Source: an uncultured Dehalococcoidia bacterium
Lineage (GTDB): Bacteria > Chloroflexota > Dehalococcoidia > Lucifugimonadales > UBA3495
NCBI GenBank assembly: GCA_950072105.1
Contig: CATMOE010000085.1
Span: forward strand, 1-12,157
Length of the DNA stretch: 12,157 bases
Direction of reading: 5' to 3'
Numbering within the stretch: the first letter of the stretch is position 1; each line of letters begins with the position of its first letter. The notes beneath the pieces are model-generated. The model did not search any database. It saw only the letters and a program-made list of their open reading frames with translations, and was not told where the DNA came from. Positions 1 to 8,168 of this stretch are shown piece by piece. The translations under genes were made by a program, and so were the position numbers.

Positions 1-390
1 CGGGTCACATCGGTCCGGCACACCGGGCCATTCGTGCGTATCGAAGGGTCCAAGGGCCAAAACACCTGGGTCCACTTTCCCATACCCACGCCGGCCGTCG
101 TGGACGGAGTGCGCAGCCGGGTAGCGACTGCTTTGGTCAGCTTTCGCACCCGCTCCCACGCCACTGTTCACGAAGTGATCGTTTACGACGGTGAGAAGCG
201 GATCGCCGAGCACATGGACCTGAATCTGGAAGGCGATCACTTGGGTAGCCGCTTCGACATCCCAGGCTCCCCAGAGGTGAACCAGGGTATCAACATCACG
301 GTTGGCGTTCAGTTTAGCGAAGACGCCCCGGATGTCAGGTCGATGCAGATCGAGATCGTCGGCGCGGGGATAGAGTTTTTAGGGCAATAG
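1..390 (+). CDS. Hypothetical protein, DUF6623-like (5'-truncated by window edge)
   Basis: The frame is open from base 1 (RVTSVRHTGPF-VRIEG...), so the GTG at 34 is probably internal. Stop TAG at 388-390. Motifs WVHFPIPTP, VYDGEKRIA and GINITVGVQF resemble DUF6623 proteins from memory; not searched. Confidence 0.6.
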   Translation, partial: RVTSVRHTGPFVRIEGSKGQNTWVHFPIPTPAVVDGVRSRVATALVSFRTRSHATVHEVIVYDGEKRIAEHMDLNLEGDHLGSRFDIPGSPEVNQGINITVGVQFSEDAPDVRSMQIEIVGAGIEFLGQ

Positions 391-414
391 CCAGTATCGA
401 ACCGGCTCGAGGCC

Positions 415-1686
415 TCAGATCGCCGCGAGACCGGCCCCGCCTAGAGCCGACAGAATCACCACCAGCCAAGGCGGTAGTTTCCAAAGCATAAGCAGACCCA
501 AGGCCGCGGCGGCCAAGGCGAAGTCAGAAGCGTCCTTGACGGCGCTGGTCCAAACCGGATCGTACAGTGCCGCCAGCAGCAACCCCACCACCGCCGCGTT
601 TACCCCCCGGAGAACCGACTGAAACGCCGGGCGTCTACGCAATATGTCCCAGAAAGGCAAGGGACCTATGGTTAGAAAGAAAGCCGGCAGGAAGATCGCG
701 CCCAGCGCTATCAATCCGCCAATGACACCGTTGGGTTCCGGAATCATGACGGTGCCCAGGTAGGCGCTGAAAGTGAATATCGGACCGGGAACGGCCTGGG
801 CCGCTCCATACCCCGCTAGGAAAGTCTCTTTGCCCACCCAGCCCGGCGCAACCACCTCCGATTGGAGCAGTGGCAGGACCACGTGCCCTCCGCCAAACAC
901 CAAAGACCCAGTCCGGTAGAAGCTGTCCACAACCGCCAAAGTTTGGTTCTCGCCGAATACCTGCCTCAGTGAGGGCAGCCCTAGCAGCAAGACGAAGAAC
1001 AGCACAAGGGCTACGATGCCCATCCAAGGCCTGATGCGCTGGGAGATGGCGACGCGGTCTGATTCAGTGACCGGTGCTGGGAGAAGCCGCCAACCTACCA
1101 CACCGGCGATAACAATGATTAGTACTGGAGTCACCGCTGAGTGCCAGGTCAAGGCGACTATGGCCGCGACGATGGCGATGGTGGCCCGCTCCCGGTCTGG
1201 GGCCAGGTTCCGGCTCATTCCCCAAACCGCTTGGGCTACCACGGCCACGGCCGCCAGTTTCAACCCGTGGAGCCATCCCGCGTCGGCTACCGCGAATTGC
1301 TGTACCCCATAGCCGAACACGATCAGCGCTATCGCCGAGGGCATGGTGAATCCCAGCCAGGCCAAAACCGCCCCCGGCAACCCGGCGCGGACAGTCCCGA
1401 CGATTATGCCAACCTTGCTGCTGGCCGGACCCGGCAGCGACTGGGCCAGGGCCACCACGTCGGCGTAGCTCTGCTCGTCCAACCACTTGCGCCTGACCAC
1501 GTATTCCTCTCGGAAATACCCCAAATGGGCGATGGGACCACCGAAGGAGGTTAATCCCAATCTTAGCGCGACCCAGAATACTTGGAACAAAGAACCCACT
1601 GAAATGGGGAACGGTGCGCCAGCCGCGATGTCCGTTGGCCCAGTGGGTTCATGAGCCACTGAGTCAGTTTCTTCAGTATTATCCAT
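415..1686 (-). CDS. chrA: Chromate ion transporter (CHR) family, long-chain ChrA-like
   Basis: Two homologous hydrophobic halves with CHR motifs GLTSFGGPIAHLGYF / LAQSLPGPAS and LVFGGGHVVLPLL / AQAVPGPIFTFSAY. ATG at 1686 (MDNTEE), with purine-rich GAGGATAGGA upstream, is preferred over the TTG at 1707. Confidence 0.9.
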   Translation of the reverse strand: MDNTEETDSVAHEPTGPTDIAAGAPFPISVGSLFQVFWVALRLGLTSFGGPIAHLGYFREEYVVRRKWLDEQSYADVVALAQSLPGPASSKVGIIVGTVRAGLPGAVLAWLGFTMPSAIALIVFGYGVQQFAVADAGWLHGLKLAAVAVVAQAVWGMSRNLAPDRERATIAIVAAIVALTWHSAVTPVLIIVIAGVVGWRLLPAPVTESDRVAISQRIRPWMGIVALVLFFVLLLGLPSLRQVFGENQTLAVVDSFYRTGSLVFGGGHVVLPLLQSEVVAPGWVGKETFLAGYGAAQAVPGPIFTFSAYLGTVMIPEPNGVIGGLIALGAIFLPAFFLTIGPLPFWDILRRRPAFQSVLRGVNAAVVGLLLAALYDPVWTSAVKDASDFALAAAALGLLMLWKLPPWLVVILSALGGAGLAAI

Positions 1687-1715
1687 AAAGTCGATTCCTA
1701 TCCTCAATCGGGCGC

Positions 1716-1744
1716 TTGTCCTGACCGGCGCTGGGTGCTACCGT
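1716..1744 (+). promoter_or_regulatory. Candidate sigma70-type promoter for the aldehyde dehydrogenase
   Basis: TTGTCC (1716-1721), 17-nt spacer, TACCGT (1739-1744), preceded by an extended -10 TGn. Lies in the divergent chrA/ALDH intergenic region. Confidence 0.45.
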
Positions 1745-1796
1745 ACCCGCAAACCAGATACCTCTTGGCGAGGATTTTAGCGTTCAAGGAGCCGGA

Positions 1797-3293
1797 ATGG
1801 CAACTAGCCAGGTAACCAGATACAACAATTATATCGGCGGACAATGGGTCGAGGCGGGAACGGGCCGCACTTACTCCATCTATAACCCGGCCAGCAAGGA
1901 TACCGTATTGGGCGAGTTCCAGACCTCGGGAGCCGAGGACGCCCTAAAAGCGGTGGACGCCGCCCAAGAGGCGTTGGCCGGCTGGGCCGGCACCCCGGCG
2001 CCCATCCGGGCCGGAGTCCTATTTCGTGCTATCGAGATCTTGCGCCAGCGGGGAGACGACATCGCTCGCACCATCACTCTGGAAGAAGGGAAGCCCTTGT
2101 CCGACGCCCAGGGCGAAGTAAAGCGGGCCATGAACATCATGGAGTACGCTGCTGGGGAAGGACGCCGCATGTTCGGCTACACCACACCGTCGGAGCTTCC
2201 GGACACGGTCGCCTACACGGTGCGCCGTCCTTTAGGAGTAGTGGCAATCATCACACCGTGGAATTTCCCCATCGCCATCCCCGCCTGGAAGATTGCTCCG
2301 GCTTTGATCTGCGGCAACACCATCGTCTTCAAGCCCGCGTCCGCCACGCCCTGGAGCGCTGTCAAGCTGATGGAAGTGTTCGAGGAGGCCGGCCTACCTC
2401 CAGGGGTTATGAACATGGTGACCGGTCCCGGCGCCTCGGTGGGCAACGCCTTGGTGGAAAGCCCGTTGGTTAAGGGCATCTCCTTCACCGGTTCAACGGA
2501 GATCGGAACGGGCATCTACGCCCAGGGAGCGGGTCTTTTGAAGAAGGTCCAGTGCGAGATGGGAGGCAAGAACGCAGTGATCCTGCTGGCCGACGCCGAC
2601 CTGGACAAAGCGCTGGGAGGGATAATTCAAGGGGCTTTTGGCTCCACCGGCCAGCGTTGCACCGCCACCAGCCGGGTCATCGTTGAAGAGCCTATTTACG
2701 ACCGATTCATGGAGGAGTTGATCGACCGGACCAGCAAGCTGAAGATCGGCGACGGCCTGGACCCGGAAGTAGATGTGTCGCCCCTGGCCAGCAAGTCTCA
2801 GTTCGACATCGTCATGGAATATATCGGCATGGGCACCGAGGAGGGCGCCGATCTGGTCTACGGCGGCAACTCCGTTAGCGGCGGCATCTACGACCAGGGC
2901 TATTACATCGAGCCAACGATATTTACCGGCGTGGGGCTGGACATGCGCATCGCTCAAGAAGAGATCTTCGGACCTGTGCTAACCGTTTTCAAGGCCAATG
3001 ACTTGCAAGACGCCATCCAGATCTCCAACAGCGTCAAATTCGGCCTGTCTTCGTCGGTCTATACCAGGGACCTAACTCAGGCGTTTGAATACATCAATAC
3101 GGTGGAAGCGGGCATGGTCCACGTAAACGCCCCCACGTTGGGTGGCGAGGTCCACCTGCCCTTTGGCGGACTCAAGTCCTCTGGCGTCGGCCACCGGGAG
3201 CAGGGCACCGAGGCGGTGGCATTCTTCAGCGAAGTCATCACCGTATACATCGACCACGCCGCCTCGGCCAGAGAGCGGGCGAGGTTTATTTAG
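1797..3293 (+). CDS. NAD(P)-dependent aldehyde dehydrogenase (alpha-ketoglutaric semialdehyde dehydrogenase/YcbD-like)
   Basis: 498 aa with ITPWNFP, FKPA, FTGSTEIG, catalytic Glu in EMGGKN, catalytic Cys in GQRCTA, EEIFGPV and PFGGLKSSG. RBS AAGGAG upstream of the ATG. Confidence 0.95.
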   Translation: MATSQVTRYNNYIGGQWVEAGTGRTYSIYNPASKDTVLGEFQTSGAEDALKAVDAAQEALAGWAGTPAPIRAGVLFRAIEILRQRGDDIARTITLEEGKPLSDAQGEVKRAMNIMEYAAGEGRRMFGYTTPSELPDTVAYTVRRPLGVVAIITPWNFPIAIPAWKIAPALICGNTIVFKPASATPWSAVKLMEVFEEAGLPPGVMNMVTGPGASVGNALVESPLVKGISFTGSTEIGTGIYAQGAGLLKKVQCEMGGKNAVILLADADLDKALGGIIQGAFGSTGQRCTATSRVIVEEPIYDRFMEELIDRTSKLKIGDGLDPEVDVSPLASKSQFDIVMEYIGMGTEEGADLVYGGNSVSGGIYDQGYYIEPTIFTGVGLDMRIAQEEIFGPVLTVFKANDLQDAIQISNSVKFGLSSSVYTRDLTQAFEYINTVEAGMVHVNAPTLGGEVHLPFGGLKSSGVGHREQGTEAVAFFSEVITVYIDHAASARERARFI

Positions 3294-3327
3294 CGTCATA
3301 TCAAGAGATCAGACTGACGACTTAAGA

Positions 3328-3350
3328 GGGGCGGGTTTCAAACCCGCCCC
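3328..3350. repeat. GC-rich inverted repeat, REP-like
   Basis: GGGGCGGGTTT-C-AAACCCGCCCC: perfect 11-bp arms, between convergent genes. Confidence 0.8.
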
Positions 3351-3406
3351 AACGCTCGTCCAGATCGGTTCCCGTGTCTCCAGAACTCTTGTGGTCCCCG
3401 AATGCC

Positions 3407-3433
3407 TAGGGGCACGGCTAGCCGTGCCCCTAC
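3407..3433. repeat. Perfect palindrome, GTAG-type REP-like element
   Basis: TAGGGGCACGGCTAGCCGTGCCCCTA (3407-3432) is a perfect 26-bp palindrome. On the minus strand from 3433 it reads GTAGGGGCACGGC..., starting with the GTAG tetranucleotide typical of REPs. Confidence 0.8.
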
Positions 3434-3460
3434 CTTGGGATAGATGTCCGATAAATCGTC

Positions 3461-4444
3461 CTAGTTCGGCATCACCGCCACGGAGCGGATCTCGCCGAAC
3501 TCCTTCTTCAATTTGGTCCAGTTCTCCCCGCCGTCGGTGCTGGTGTATACGTAGCCGTAGAGGCTGGCGGCGGCGATCACATTGGGCACTGCTTTATTGG
3601 TGCCGAACCAATACACCACCGAGTTGGGCGCCACCGGCAGGTCGATGCTTTCCCAAGTCTTACCGGCGTCCTTGGTGTGCTGTATGGTGCCGGTGATTCC
3701 CGGTATGGCGTCGCCGTTACCCACGAACATCACGTCGGGGTCGTCCGCCTTGACCAGCACACCCCGGCAATAGGACCGGTTGTCCTTCTCGCTGAACTTG
3801 GGGAAATAGTGGTAATCCCAGCTTTCCCCTTCGTCGGTGCTGGTGGCGATGCCGAAGGGGCTGGTGCAGTAGATCGACGTCGTCGGTCCGGGACTGATGG
3901 CCATGCCGTGGATGTCCCCGTGGAACGGGTCGGGACCCAGTTCAGGAAGATGCACCCAGGAATCGCCGCCGTCCAGGCTCTTGTACACGCCATCGACCTC
4001 GATGCCCGCCCAGATGGTGCGGTTGTCCCGAGGGTCTACGATCACGTTGGTAGTCCGTGGGATGCCCACTGGGCAGGGAATGGTTACGCCCAGGCTCAAC
4101 TCGTCCCAAGTCTTCCCTCCATCCCGGGAGCGGAACGCGTCAGGCCGGGTGCCGGCGAAAATCGTGTCCGGGTCAGTGGGGTCCACCGTCACCGACCAGA
4201 TCTGGCGGTCTTCCATCGGCGAGTTCAACTTCTCCCAAGTGCCAGCATTGTCCTCGCTGCGGAAGATGCCCAGGTCGGTTCCGGCTAGGATGCGGTGGGG
4301 GTTGTCCGGATACACGGACAATGCCCTGATGTTGGACTCGGAAGGTATGGGGTCGCGGATCCGGTCCCAAGTTTCTCCCCCGTCCACGGTGCGCGACAGC
4401 CCGCCGCCAACGGTCGCTACGACAAGAGTAAAGCCTTCTGCCAT
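3461..4444 (-). CDS. BNR/Asp-box repeat beta-propeller protein (sialidase/VPS10-like fold), function unknown
   Basis: Seven Asp-box motifs: RTVDGGETW, RSEDNAGTW, RSRDGGKTW, KSLDGGDSW, TSTDEGESW, HTKDAGKTW, TSTDGGENW. Strong RBS AAGGAGG before the ATG. No evident signal peptide. Confidence 0.88.
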   Translation of the reverse strand: MAEGFTLVVATVGGGLSRTVDGGETWDRIRDPIPSESNIRALSVYPDNPHRILAGTDLGIFRSEDNAGTWEKLNSPMEDRQIWSVTVDPTDPDTIFAGTRPDAFRSRDGGKTWDELSLGVTIPCPVGIPRTTNVIVDPRDNRTIWAGIEVDGVYKSLDGGDSWVHLPELGPDPFHGDIHGMAISPGPTTSIYCTSPFGIATSTDEGESWDYHYFPKFSEKDNRSYCRGVLVKADDPDVMFVGNGDAIPGITGTIQHTKDAGKTWESIDLPVAPNSVVYWFGTNKAVPNVIAAASLYGYVYTSTDGGENWTKLKKEFGEIRSVAVMPN

Positions 4445-4556
4445 GGCTGAGCCTCCTTAAGGGTGGAATTTAGCTTGCCTGAAGTATGAAGACATAATAG
4501 CCGGACTGATGGTGAAATGCTACCTGGATTAGGTTAGATCGTTGGGTTAGCCGCCT

Positions 4557-4955
4557 CTATAACGGCTGGCGGTCGCCGAATCCCGTGTCGGTCTCGTGCC
4601 AGAAGCCGATGGCCAGTTCGCCACGTACCCAACACAGGTACACCTCTCGGCCCTCGCGGTAGGACGAAAAGTCCACCAGCCAACGGCCCAGATCACGAAC
4701 GATGATCCCTCGCTGGGTGATTTCCCGCACCACCCTTTGCAATTGTTGGGTAAGGCGGTCCACCTTGCGTTGCAGCTCTGCCACCTCCGTGCCGTGGCTG
4801 GAGGCCCCGTTCCCCCGGCCGCCCCGCAACATAACCAATAGCCGCTCCTGGTCCTGGACCAGCTCTTCCCTCACCGGCATCACCGCCGAGAAAGTTTCCG
4901 CTAACCATGGCAACATGGCATTGGCTTCATCTAGGGTAAAGTGGCGTGGCGTCAT
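4557..4955 (-). CDS. DUF2203 domain-containing protein
   Basis: N-terminal FTLDEANAMLP, central coiled coil, C-terminal LVDF..YLCW..GE..FWHE...GF..RQPL, characteristic of DUF2203. GGAG RBS upstream. Confidence 0.85.
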   Translation of the reverse strand: MTPRHFTLDEANAMLPWLAETFSAVMPVREELVQDQERLLVMLRGGRGNGASSHGTEVAELQRKVDRLTQQLQRVVREITQRGIIVRDLGRWLVDFSSYREGREVYLCWVRGELAIGFWHETDTGFGDRQPL

Positions 4956-5149
4956 ATCAACTCCAACTTTACTCTAGCTTGGGTACCTTCGCCAAGGCTG
5001 TCAAAAGCCAAGGCGCGATCCGCTACGGTCTGGAAAGATTCCTCACGATCATACAAATGGCGTACAATAACCGGCAACGTAACCGCTTGCCGCGTGGAAG
5101 TGGCCGGACCTCGGCAAGGACACCCTATATCAGTCATAGGAATGGATAT

Positions 5150-6031
5150 TTGACCGTCGATAGAAATTGCTTTCAGGAAGGCGACCTGGCGCTACTTCAG
5201 GACCGAAAAGGCCGACGCCATCTGCTGACACTCCTGGACGGAGGAGTTTTCCACAGCCACCAAGGCCGCTTGGACCATGAGCGGTTGATCGGCCACAGCG
5301 TTGGCGGCTGGTACCGGACGGACCGGGGCCACGTGCTATTGGCGGTGCGGCCCACACTGGGAGACTTTGTGCGCCAGATGCCCCGGGGTCCGCAGATAAT
5401 CTATCCGAAAGACCTGGGCCTCATCATTATGCTGGCTGACATTTTTCCCGGGGCCACCGTGATTGAAGGTGGCCTTGGCTCCGGTTCTCTCACCTCCGCA
5501 CTGCTGCGAGCTGTGGGCGTTCATGGCCGGGTGATCAACTATGAGATTGAAGAGTCATGGTTGCCCAAAGCCCAGGCTAACATCCAAAAAATTGTAGGCG
5601 ACGCGTCTAATCTGGAGATCAAGATTGGCGATATCTACGATGGAATCAGCGAGCGCAACATAGACCGGGTTGTCTTGGACGTTCCCGAACCCTGGCAGGC
5701 GGTGTCCACCGTGGGTGACTGCCTGTTGATGGGGGGAATCTTACTCAGCTTCTTGCCCACGGTGATCCAGGTTCAAAAATTGGTGTTGGCGCTGGAGGCG
5801 GACACCAGGTTCCAACTGATCGAAACGACGGAAACCCTCTTGCGCACCTGGCACGTCACCGAGCGCAGCGTACGCCCCGACCATCGGATGGTGGCCCACA
5901 GTGGATTCTTGACCACCGCCGTAAGGTGCCAACCCCGTGTGATCGGCACTCCATCCGACCCGTCGGTCGAACTACCGGCTGAATCCGTTGCTGGTAACGA
6001 GGAGGACGAGGCTGATGGACGTGATGAATAG
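5150..6031 (+). CDS. trmI: tRNA (adenine-58-N1)-methyltransferase TrmI (GCD14 family)
   Basis: FHSHQG, RPTL..F...MPRGPQIIYPKD, SAM motif IEGGLGSGSLT, LDVPEPW and VRPDHRMVAHSGF. Likely start is TTG at 5150 with AGGA 8 nt upstream; the longer ORF from 4946 would overlap the divergent DUF2203 start. Confidence 0.92.
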   Translation: MTVDRNCFQEGDLALLQDRKGRRHLLTLLDGGVFHSHQGRLDHERLIGHSVGGWYRTDRGHVLLAVRPTLGDFVRQMPRGPQIIYPKDLGLIIMLADIFPGATVIEGGLGSGSLTSALLRAVGVHGRVINYEIEESWLPKAQANIQKIVGDASNLEIKIGDIYDGISERNIDRVVLDVPEPWQAVSTVGDCLLMGGILLSFLPTVIQVQKLVLALEADTRFQLIETTETLLRTWHVTERSVRPDHRMVAHSGFLTTAVRCQPRVIGTPSDPSVELPAESVAGNEEDEADGRDE

Positions 6032-6091
6032 TTACGAGACCCCGGAATTTTTGAACCACCACGTTAAGACAAATATGCTGATGAAGCACCT
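6014..6091 (+). repeat. Direct repeat copy 1 (degenerate copy of the HD gene 5' end)
   Basis: Ungapped manual alignment to 8326-8403 gives 70/78 identical. Confidence 0.95.
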
Positions 6092-6119
6092 CATCAGGTC
6101 CATTTCACGCGATGGCTAA
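6015..6119 (+). pseudogene. Truncated remnant of the HD-domain gene; 34-codon ORF MDVMNSYETPEFLNHHVKTNMLMKHLIRSISRDG*
   Basis: The first 26 codons match the N-terminus of the 8327 gene (MDVMNRDETLEFLSHHVKTEMLMKHL). GGAGG at 6001-6005 precedes the ATG. Overlaps the trmI stop and the amidohydrolase start. Confidence 0.8.
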
Positions 6120-7536
6120 ACGGGTCAGGATCAACGCCAAGATTATTGTCGCCTTTCAAGGGAATGAGCATCACATTCTCAGGAATGGGTGCGTAATCAT
6201 AGACGGTAGTGAGATACAGCACGTCGGGAAAGATTACGACGGGTCCGTCGATGCTGTGATCGATGCGGGCGACCGTGTGGTCACACCAGGATTCATCAAC
6301 ACCCACTGTCACATGGCAGGATCTCCCCTGGACAAGTCCTTCATCGAAGATGTTGGGAGCCGCCAGTTCTACCTTTCGGGTCTACCCACCATGCTCAGAG
6401 CCAGAGGCGGCGCGATGACCGATCCAGACCGGCAGGCCTGCGTCGACTACTCCGTGGCCGAGCTTATCCGGACTGGCACGACCACCGTGATGGAGTTGGG
6501 AGGCATTGGAGATTATGTTGCCGATGCTGTTGAGCAGGCTGGATTAAGAGCCTACATAGCCAACATGTATGCCTCGGCCAGCTGGGTTTCTGACGGCAAT
6601 CAGGTCGGCTATGAATGGGACGAGGCAGGGGGGCTAGAAGGATTCAGGAAGGCTGTCGACTTGGTCGAGCGGATCGACGGACGAGCCAATGGCCGCATCA
6701 GAGGATTCATCAGCCCGGCCCAGATAGACAACTGCACCGAGGAACTTCTGCGCATGAGCAGTCAGGCATCGGAGGAGATGCAGGTTCCTCTGGCTCTCCA
6801 CACCAGCCAGGCGGTATTCGAGTTTCAAGAGATCGTCAGACGACACGCTTCGACGCCAGTTGAGTGGTTGGAGTCGATCGATTTCCTGAGTGATAGGTGC
6901 ATTCTTGGACACGTCATCTATCCAGCCGGCCACAGCTGGGTCAACTTCGCGGGCGATGACCTGGCGATTCTTGCGAAACACCAGGCTTCTGTCGCCCATG
7001 CGACCTGGGTGTTTAACCGTCGCGGGGTTGCTATGGAGTCTTTCCCCGCCTATCTGGGCGCTGGAGTGAACGTGTGCCTCGCTACGGACACCTGTCCCCA
7101 GTCCATGATTGAAGCCATTCGATGGTCTGCGGTCGTAGGCAAGATAATGATTCGTCAGACCGAACTGTCCACTGCGGCCGACGCATTCAACGCCGCCACA
7201 CTCAATGCGGCGAAGATGCTGCATCGAGATGACTTGGGCCGGATCTCGGCGGGAGCAAAAGCTGACCTTCTGTTTTGGGATACAAACTCGACGTTCATGG
7301 TTCCTCTACGAGACCCCATCAAGAACATTGTCTACAACGCAACCGCCGAAGACTTAAAAGACGTGATGATCGATGGCGAGTGGGTTATGCGGGAAGGACA
7401 GGTTCTCAACGTCGATGAACGTGCGGTCAGCAGGAAGCTGCAGGAGGCCGGCGAAAGATTGTGGTCTTCGGTTGACGCAAACAACGCTGAGAGTATGGAT
7501 GAACTGTCGCCTCAGACCTTTCCTGACTTTGAATAG
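6112..7536 (+). CDS. Metal-dependent amidohydrolase, TRZ/ATZ / deaminase-chlorohydrolase-like
   Basis: 474 aa with PGFINTHCH (HxH), ELIRTGTTT, ALHTSQ, ILGHVI, LATD and C-terminal LGRISAGAKADL..DVMIDGE. Confidence 0.9.
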   Translation: MAKRVRINAKIIVAFQGNEHHILRNGCVIIDGSEIQHVGKDYDGSVDAVIDAGDRVVTPGFINTHCHMAGSPLDKSFIEDVGSRQFYLSGLPTMLRARGGAMTDPDRQACVDYSVAELIRTGTTTVMELGGIGDYVADAVEQAGLRAYIANMYASASWVSDGNQVGYEWDEAGGLEGFRKAVDLVERIDGRANGRIRGFISPAQIDNCTEELLRMSSQASEEMQVPLALHTSQAVFEFQEIVRRHASTPVEWLESIDFLSDRCILGHVIYPAGHSWVNFAGDDLAILAKHQASVAHATWVFNRRGVAMESFPAYLGAGVNVCLATDTCPQSMIEAIRWSAVVGKIMIRQTELSTAADAFNAATLNAAKMLHRDDLGRISAGAKADLLFWDTNSTFMVPLRDPIKNIVYNATAEDLKDVMIDGEWVMREGQVLNVDERAVSRKLQEAGERLWSSVDANNAESMDELSPQTFPDFE

Positions 7537-7679
7537 GAATAGATGATGCGGCACTCCGTTTCTCCCCCGGCAGCGGCACCGTGTTGGGAATCGCCATTCG
7601 CGTGGGCCTGAATCCAATTATCAGACTAAAATAGATCTGCCTTATTCCCGTGAAACAATCTTGAAGCTAGGAGGGGACT

Positions 7680-8168
7680 ATGCCAAACCTAACCTCGATG
7701 TCCGCCACGGTAGGCGCGTTGCTCAAGGAACGGCAGCAAACCATCGCTGTGACGGAATCATCTTGCGGTGGATTGATTTCCGCGTCACTGGTGGCCGTGC
7801 CGGGTTGCTCAGCCTTTTATGTGGGGGGCGCCACCATCTACACCCGTACTGCTCAGTACGGTCTCCTTCATGTGGCTGAGTCTGCGTTTGAAGGTATTCA
7901 GTCCAGTACCGAACCGTATGCTTTGATGAATTCTAGGAACGTGCGGGCGGCGCTGGGGACCACCTGGGCATTGAGTGAGACCGGCGCCAGTGGGCCCACC
8001 GGGGGCAGTCATGGTAATGATCCAGGTCACTCTTGCATGGCCGTGGTCGGCCCCGTTGAACGGTCGATTACCGTCGAGACTCGCGTTGCCGACCGGGAGG
8101 CGAACATGTGGATTTTTGCCAAGGCGGCATTGGAGTTGCTGGAGAAGTGCATCCGGGAGTCAGTCTGA
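7680..8168 (+). CDS. CinA C-terminal domain (PncC-like) protein, divergent
   Basis: IAVTESSCGGLISASL, VPGCSAFYVGG..IY and SETGASGPTGG motifs. RBS AGGAGGGG upstream. Confidence 0.85.
   Translation: MPNLTSMSATVGALLKERQQTIAVTESSCGGLISASLVAVPGCSAFYVGGATIYTRTAQYGLLHVAESAFEGIQSSTEPYALMNSRNVRAALGTTWALSETGASGPTGGSHGNDPGHSCMAVVGPVERSITVETRVADREANMWIFAKAALELLEKCIRESV

Noticed and set aside
635..1554. Overlapping alternative-frame and antisense ORFs in chrA (and similar ones within ALDH, the BNR gene, amidohydrolase, HD and MidA)
   Set aside because: Shadow ORFs expected in high-GC coding DNA. They are Arg/Gly/Pro-rich with no recognisable motifs and lie within well-supported genes.
3142..3696. 184-aa ORF spanning the ALDH end, the palindromes and the BNR gene end
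   Set aside because: It overlaps two real genes and simply translates the palindromes (GAGFKPAP, GARLAVP). No sign of coding function.
4946..5149. 68-aa N-terminal extension of TrmI from the ORF track
   Set aside because: It overlaps the divergent DUF2203 start and shows no TrmI-like sequence. It also covers the likely promoter region (TACAAT at 5063-5068). TTG 5150 fits the family start.
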